Of a DNA stretch of 64,000 bases, positions 60,423-64,000 are shown piece by piece. The DNA comes from a virus: positions 1 to 64,000 of the IMG/VR virus record IMGVR_UViG_3300017684_000001. One strand, 5' to 3'. The position numbers and the translations under genes are program-made. The notes beneath the pieces are model-generated. The model ran no database searches. It saw nothing but the letters and a program-made list of their open reading frames with translations, and was not told the origin of the DNA. Each line of letters begins with the position of its first letter. The first letter of the stretch is position 1.

Positions 60423-60827
60423 TCAAGTGCGCCCCCCGCCGCGTCTCTCGTATTCGATAAGACGAACGAAGGATTCTTGGGCCTGAGCAATATTGCCAAA
60501 TCCATGGGTCATTTTCTCGGAAAGGATCTGGACGCGGGTCGAGAGTTCAAGGACGGCGGCGTGCCTCTGGTCGAGGTTCGCGATCAGGCTTTTTTGTGAT
60601 TCTTCAAGATCTTCGCTCGACTGCTTGCTCGATTGAAGCTGCGTCGAAAGCTGACCAAGGAGGCCGATGTATGCTTTCTGACTGTCTTGTAAGAGCTTGA
60701 AGAGAAATATCACGACGCCGCAGAGCAGGGCACAAAAGCCCGTAAGCCCGTACTCTTTTATCAACCCTGCTATATCGAGCGGCGTCATGAAGTTACTTTT
60801 TCGCGTCGTCGCGGGGTCCGACGACAT
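60423..60827 (-). CDS. N-terminal TM plus coiled-coil protein
   Basis: 134 aa. TM segment GLTGFCALLCGVVIFLF, then Q/S/E/L-rich helix. Alternative ATG at 60788. Confidence 0.45.
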   Translation of the reverse strand: MSSDPATTRKSNFMTPLDIAGLIKEYGLTGFCALLCGVVIFLFKLLQDSQKAYIGLLGQLSTQLQSSKQSSEDLEESQKSLIANLDQRHAAVLELSTRVQILSEKMTHGFGNIAQAQESFVRLIEYERRGGGRT

Positions 60828-61125
60828 TGCTCGGAAGCTTGTCTGCCGTCGCCTGATCCGAGACGATGATGACGCCGTCGGATCCGATCGCCCGAGACGC
60901 GGACTTCAGGATCCCGGTCTTGCGCCGGGACCAGAGAACCCAGGCGAAGGCGACGAGAAGCGTCGCGAGACCGCTGACGATCTCGTTCATCGAGCCCTGG
61001 TCGCTGTAACCGCGATTCACGAGCCATCCGCCGGCCGCGCCGAGGATCAGCCGAAGCGTCCCCGAAGCTTGGCTCATCGTCGCCTGTTCAAAGGCGCTCG
61101 GGGTCGGGATATCGTCGTCGGACAT
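60793..61125 (-). CDS. holin-like two-TM protein (tentative)
   Basis: ORF track 60793..61173. ATG 61125 (MSDDDIPT). TM segments LRLILGAAGGWLV and GLATLLVAFAWVLW followed by a basic RRK. Confidence 0.4.
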   Translation of the reverse strand: MSDDDIPTPSAFEQATMSQASGTLRLILGAAGGWLVNRGYSDQGSMNEIVSGLATLLVAFAWVLWSRRKTGILKSASRAIGSDGVIIVSDQATADKLPSNVVGPRDDAKK

Positions 61126-61138
61126 GGGAGGCCCTTGA

Positions 61139-61369
61139 TCAGAGGTGAGGGGTGAGCTTCGCCCAGAGGTCATCGGGGATGCCGTCGAAGTCGGCCTTCG
61201 AGAAGCTCTCCTCGTGGAAGAAGCTACAGGCTCGAAGCTTCGCGACGAGCTTCGGTTTCAGCCGAGGGAGAGCGTCGTGAACTTCCTTCGAGTTGAGGGC
61301 CGCGCTGACGAGCGAGCCCTTGAGGCCGGTCACGACGAACGGGAACGCGATCGCGTATTTGCGGGCCAT
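61139..61369 (-). CDS. hypothetical protein
   Basis: 76 aa ORF. Confidence 0.45.
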   Translation of the reverse strand: MARKYAIAFPFVVTGLKGSLVSAALNSKEVHDALPRLKPKLVAKLRACSFFHEESFSKADFDGIPDDLWAKLTPHL

Positions 61370-61382
61370 CGTTCGGGCTCCT

Positions 61383-61622
61383 TTACGCGGTGATCGACTT
61401 GACGGCCCACATGACCGCCTCTTCGACCTTCGTCTTCGCGAGCGAGTTCTCGCGGGTTGGCTTCAGCGTTCCGAGGAGATCGAGAAACTCGGCGCCCTTG
61501 TCCTTCACGGCGACCATGTTCGCCTTTTCCTGATCATTCAGGGTTCGGTAGTTGTGCCGAACGGTATCCGGACCGTTGTTCACGGTCCGAGCGTCCGAGG
61601 CGGAATCGACTTTATCGGTCAT
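61383..61622 (-). CDS. small helical phage protein with R-x-N-S-L-A-K-T-K-x-E-E-A-V-M-W-A-V-K signature
   Basis: 79 aa. YRTLNDQEKANMVAVKDKG...RENSLAKTKVEEAVMWAVKSIT. I recall this signature from a widespread small phage protein family. Confidence 0.55.
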   Translation of the reverse strand: MTDKVDSASDARTVNNGPDTVRHNYRTLNDQEKANMVAVKDKGAEFLDLLGTLKPTRENSLAKTKVEEAVMWAVKSITA

Positions 61623-61634
61623 CGAGATCTCTCC

Positions 61635-62144
61635 TTACTTCTTGACGCCCGGAACGACGATCGTCCGGCCATTCACGTCGACGAATCCTTCGACTTCCTG
61701 GCCGGGGGCAGGCTCGGGCGCAGCATCCTTCTTCGGGGCGGTCTTGGCGGCCGGCTTCTTCGGGGCTTCGAGCGCGCTGTACGCCTTCAGGGGCGTCGCA
61801 GCGATCCGATTCTTGTAGGCGGTGCAGGCGAGGCCAGCAATTTTCGCGACCGAGATCGCAGGCGAGGCCGGGGGATAGTACGCGGCGACGAGCGCGGCGA
61901 TTCCCTCGAAGCTCGGCTCGAACGAACAGGCCAGCGTCGCGGTCGTCTGGACCTTCGTCGCGAACGCCGCGGCTTCCGGCGAATCGATCCCGATCGACTG
62001 GAGATTGCCGGGGGTCAGGGAGCCTACGACGATTGCCGCCGGGGTCACGGCTGCCTGGGCGGCCTGTTGGCCGGCCGTCAGGTTACAAGCCCCGAGCGAA
62101 AACCCGAGGGCGACGAGCGCGGCGAGACGGAAGCGGTTCATCAT
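61635..62144 (-). CDS. lipoprotein (lipobox LGAC), lysis-cassette neighbour
   Basis: ORF track 61635..62204. ATG 62144 (MMNRFRLAALVALGFSLGAC). Ala/Pro/Lys-rich C-terminal part. Confidence 0.55.
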   Translation of the reverse strand: MMNRFRLAALVALGFSLGACNLTAGQQAAQAAVTPAAIVVGSLTPGNLQSIGIDSPEAAAFATKVQTTATLACSFEPSFEGIAALVAAYYPPASPAISVAKIAGLACTAYKNRIAATPLKAYSALEAPKKPAAKTAPKKDAAPEPAPGQEVEGFVDVNGRTIVVPGVKK

Positions 62145-62155
62145 CGGTGCGGTCC

Positions 62156-62278
62156 TTAGATCAGACTTGAGAAAACGAAGAGAAGGATCGCGGCGATCGC
62201 GCAACTCCAGCCGAACAGAAACGTCGCCGCGAAAAGGTACTGAACGAAAGCCTTACGATCGCCTCGATCGTCGATCAA
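62156..62278 (-). CDS. 40-aa single-TM peptide (candidate, TTG start)
   Basis: Hand-translated (L/M)IDDRGDRKAFVQYLFAATFLFGWSCAIAAILLFVFSSLI. In frame with the lysozyme gene, one codon after its TAG stop. Confidence 0.3.
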   Translation of the reverse strand: MIDDRGDRKAFVQYLFAATFLFGWSCAIAAILLFVFSSLI

Positions 62279-62281
62279 CAG

Positions 62282-62854
62282 CTATGCCCTTTTTCGAGTC
62301 CGTGGCTTATGGGTCGTGACGGGGTGCGCCTTCGCCACGACTTTCTTCGCAGCGACCTTCAAAGCCGGACTTTTCGCTGCGGGCTTCACGGCCGCTTTAG
62401 CAGGCGCGGCCGACGATCCGGTTCGGATCGTGTATGCCTTGTGAGCGAGCGCGACGCGCTGGCCCATCGCCTTGACGCCCGCGCCCTCGTACAGCGTCTC
62501 GACGGTCGTCGTCGCGCTCTCGATCGTCTTACACTTCTTGACGGCGGTCACGACCGACTTGTAGGCGCCGTGAAGCTCGACAAGGACGTACGCATACGAC
62601 GACGCATCGGCCTTCGGATCGAGTTTATGCGCCGTGCAGTACCCGAGGAAGGCGACCCGGCGCGGCCCGGTCCACTGCGCCCATCCGCGTCCGCCGGTAT
62701 TCGCTCGGCTTCCGATCTCTTGGTAGTGCTGGAATTCACCGGTTTCTCGGGCGAAATTGCCCCAAAAGCCCGAAGCCTGAATCGTCGTAAACCCGAACTC
62801 TTTTTCGAGCATCGGGCCGTAGGTCGAAACAACCTGGACGAACTTGGCGGTCAT
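62282..62854 (-). CDS. phage lysozyme / muralytic enzyme (phage tail lysozyme-like fold)
   Basis: 190 aa. GFWGNFARETGEFQ...GGRGWAQWTGPRR...AYVLVELHG recalls the Phage_lysozyme2 pattern. Basic Ala/Lys-rich tail. Confidence 0.6.
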   Translation of the reverse strand: MTAKFVQVVSTYGPMLEKEFGFTTIQASGFWGNFARETGEFQHYQEIGSRANTGGRGWAQWTGPRRVAFLGYCTAHKLDPKADASSYAYVLVELHGAYKSVVTAVKKCKTIESATTTVETLYEGAGVKAMGQRVALAHKAYTIRTGSSAAPAKAAVKPAAKSPALKVAAKKVVAKAHPVTTHKPRTRKRA

Positions 62855-62923
62855 ATCGGGAAGCCTTCGGCAGATTTCGTTCTCTGTCCGCTATAACCGC
62901 TTTTTTCTTTTCCCGAAACCGGA

Positions 62924-63352
62924 TCAGGCCGCGGCTTCGAGTGTCGCGAACGACGGCTCGATCGAGAGTTGACCCTCCTCGATCGTCGTCGGCTCGCCGT
63001 TCGGGTCGTACACGATCGCCTGCTGCCAGTACGGACGCACCGTGAGGCCGATCGTCTCGGCCTTTACGATTGTAAAAGCGAGCCGCCAGATTCCGGCGAC
63101 TTGGACGATAGCGAGGCTGCCTGCATCGGTCGACTTCTTCAGAATGATCCGCGGCTTCGCGTACGATGCGCTCTCGATATTGAGACGCTCTGGGTTCGAC
63201 GGAATGCCGAAAAACCAGGTCGCCGAGAACCCGGACAGGTCGCGATTCGGGACGGATATCGTCCAGACCTTCTTGTCGCCCGCGCGCATACTCCGCTTCG
63301 CTTGGCGAACGCCGGGCTCGCTCGACGGCTCTACGTTCCAACCCGCACTCAT
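62924..63352 (-). CDS. hypothetical structural-module protein
   Basis: 142 aa ORF. ATGA-type overlap with the upstream repeat protein. Confidence 0.5.
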   Translation of the reverse strand: MSAGWNVEPSSEPGVRQAKRSMRAGDKKVWTISVPNRDLSGFSATWFFGIPSNPERLNIESASYAKPRIILKKSTDAGSLAIVQVAGIWRLAFTIVKAETIGLTVRPYWQQAIVYDPNGEPTTIEEGQLSIEPSFATLEAAA

Positions 63353-64000
63353 TGCGATCCCCCGCTCCCGGAAACGATCTCGACCCGATCGTCGTATGCC
63401 CCGATGAGATCGACGTTATCGTTAAAGACGCCCGAGATCTCTACATCGGCCTTCGCGAGTCGAACACCGGCCGAGCCGACGACCGACGAGGAACCGAACG
63501 ATGACCCCATGGCGCCGATCGCCGCCGCCGCGGTTTGCCCAGAAACAGTGCTAACGCCGGACGCTGATCCCGTCGCACTCGATCGAGCGGACGCCAAACC
63601 CGCCACCGCCGCGGATCCTGCGGAAGACCCGGAAGCCGAGGTTCGCGCGCCGGGGGCAGCGACCGCCGTGCCGATGCCGCTGGCCGACCCCGAAGCCGAA
63701 GTGAACGTTCCGGCTGTCGCGGAAACTGTCGCGCTACCGATCGCGGAGCCCGAGGCGCCGAGGGGGATCGTATTCGCCGCGGAGGCCGCCGCCGTACCGG
63801 CACCGGATGCCGTGCCCGATGCGCCTGCCGTCGATCCGCTCGGAGCAAAAGTAGTCGCGGATCCTGACGTTACACCGGTCGCGCCGACACGAGTTCCGCC
63901 AGAGGCCGACACGGTCGAAGAGCCGTCCGCCGCCCCGGAACCGATTGCGGGGGCCGTATTGGACGCCGAGGCATTGGCCGCGCTCGCGCCAGAAGCCGTG
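63349..64000 (-). CDS. Ser/Ala/Gly-repeat fibre-like protein, C-terminal part (5' end beyond right edge)
   Basis: ORF track starts at GTG 63912, but the frame stays open to nt 63999 (TASGASAANASASNTAPAIGSGAADGSSTV...). Many SASG/SATG-type repeats. Confidence 0.6.
   Translation of the reverse strand, partial: TASGASAANASASNTAPAIGSGAADGSSTVSASGGTRVGATGVTSGSATTFAPSGSTAGASGTASGAGTAAASAANTIPLGASGSAIGSATVSATAGTFTSASGSASGIGTAVAAPGARTSASGSSAGSAAVAGLASARSSATGSASGVSTVSGQTAAAAIGAMGSSFGSSSVVGSAGVRLAKADVEISGVFNDNVDLIGAYDDRVEIVSGSGGSQ

Noticed and set aside
62899-62911. Degenerate box-like strings: GCTTTTTTCTTTT (62899-62911, plus strand between two minus-strand genes) and GCTTTTGTTTC (minus strand, 2145-2155, with CTATAT 19 nt downstream).
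   Set aside because: They have an insertion or two mismatches, wrong spacing to any -10-like hexamer, or the wrong strand for the flanking genes. My rough estimate is that a 9/11 match is expected by chance several times in 2 x 64 kb. They are recorded only as possible weak sites.

Overview
GC-rich (by eye roughly 60-65% G+C) dsDNA phage or prophage segment. It appears to be most of a 64+ kb contractile-tailed (myovirus-type) genome. I saw no rRNA, tRNA, CRISPR array, integrase or host housekeeping gene.

Layout:
- 1-21.6 kb (minus): tail fibre/tailspike, baseplate, tape measure, tube, sheath, connector and capsid genes.
- 22.1-26.4 kb (minus): head morphogenesis, portal, terminase.
- 26.4-41.2 kb (minus): small unknown genes, a signal-peptide nuclease, primase-helicase, DnaE-type polymerase plus DnaQ-type exonuclease, an HNH endonuclease, recombination-position genes.
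- 41.16-41.38 kb: divergent control region.
- 41.4-57.3 kb (plus): XRE regulator, UvrD-like and SNF2-like helicases, ParB-like protein, dCMP deaminase, MazG-like protein, many small ORFans.
- 57.4-64.0 kb (minus): collagen-like and signal-peptide proteins, a lower-GC membrane module, a lysis cassette, and a Ser/Ala/Gly-repeat fibre-like gene that runs off the right edge.

Most notable structure not explained by genes:
(i) Three copies of a 154-173 nt AT-rich element that can fold into one ~65-70 bp hairpin. Each copy fills an intercistronic gap and is oriented with local transcription. The divergent copy carries compensatory substitutions in both arms.
(ii) A conserved promoter-like cassette in front of the early transcription units. 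It consists of an A-tract, a GCTTTTCTTTT box and a -10-like hexamer. In 4 of 5 plus-strand copies a GC hairpin with a GGAGAC-type loop sits at the predicted +1.

All protein function calls are by-eye motif recognition from memory. No database search, folding or statistics were run. Refined start coordinates are hand-derived and may be off.
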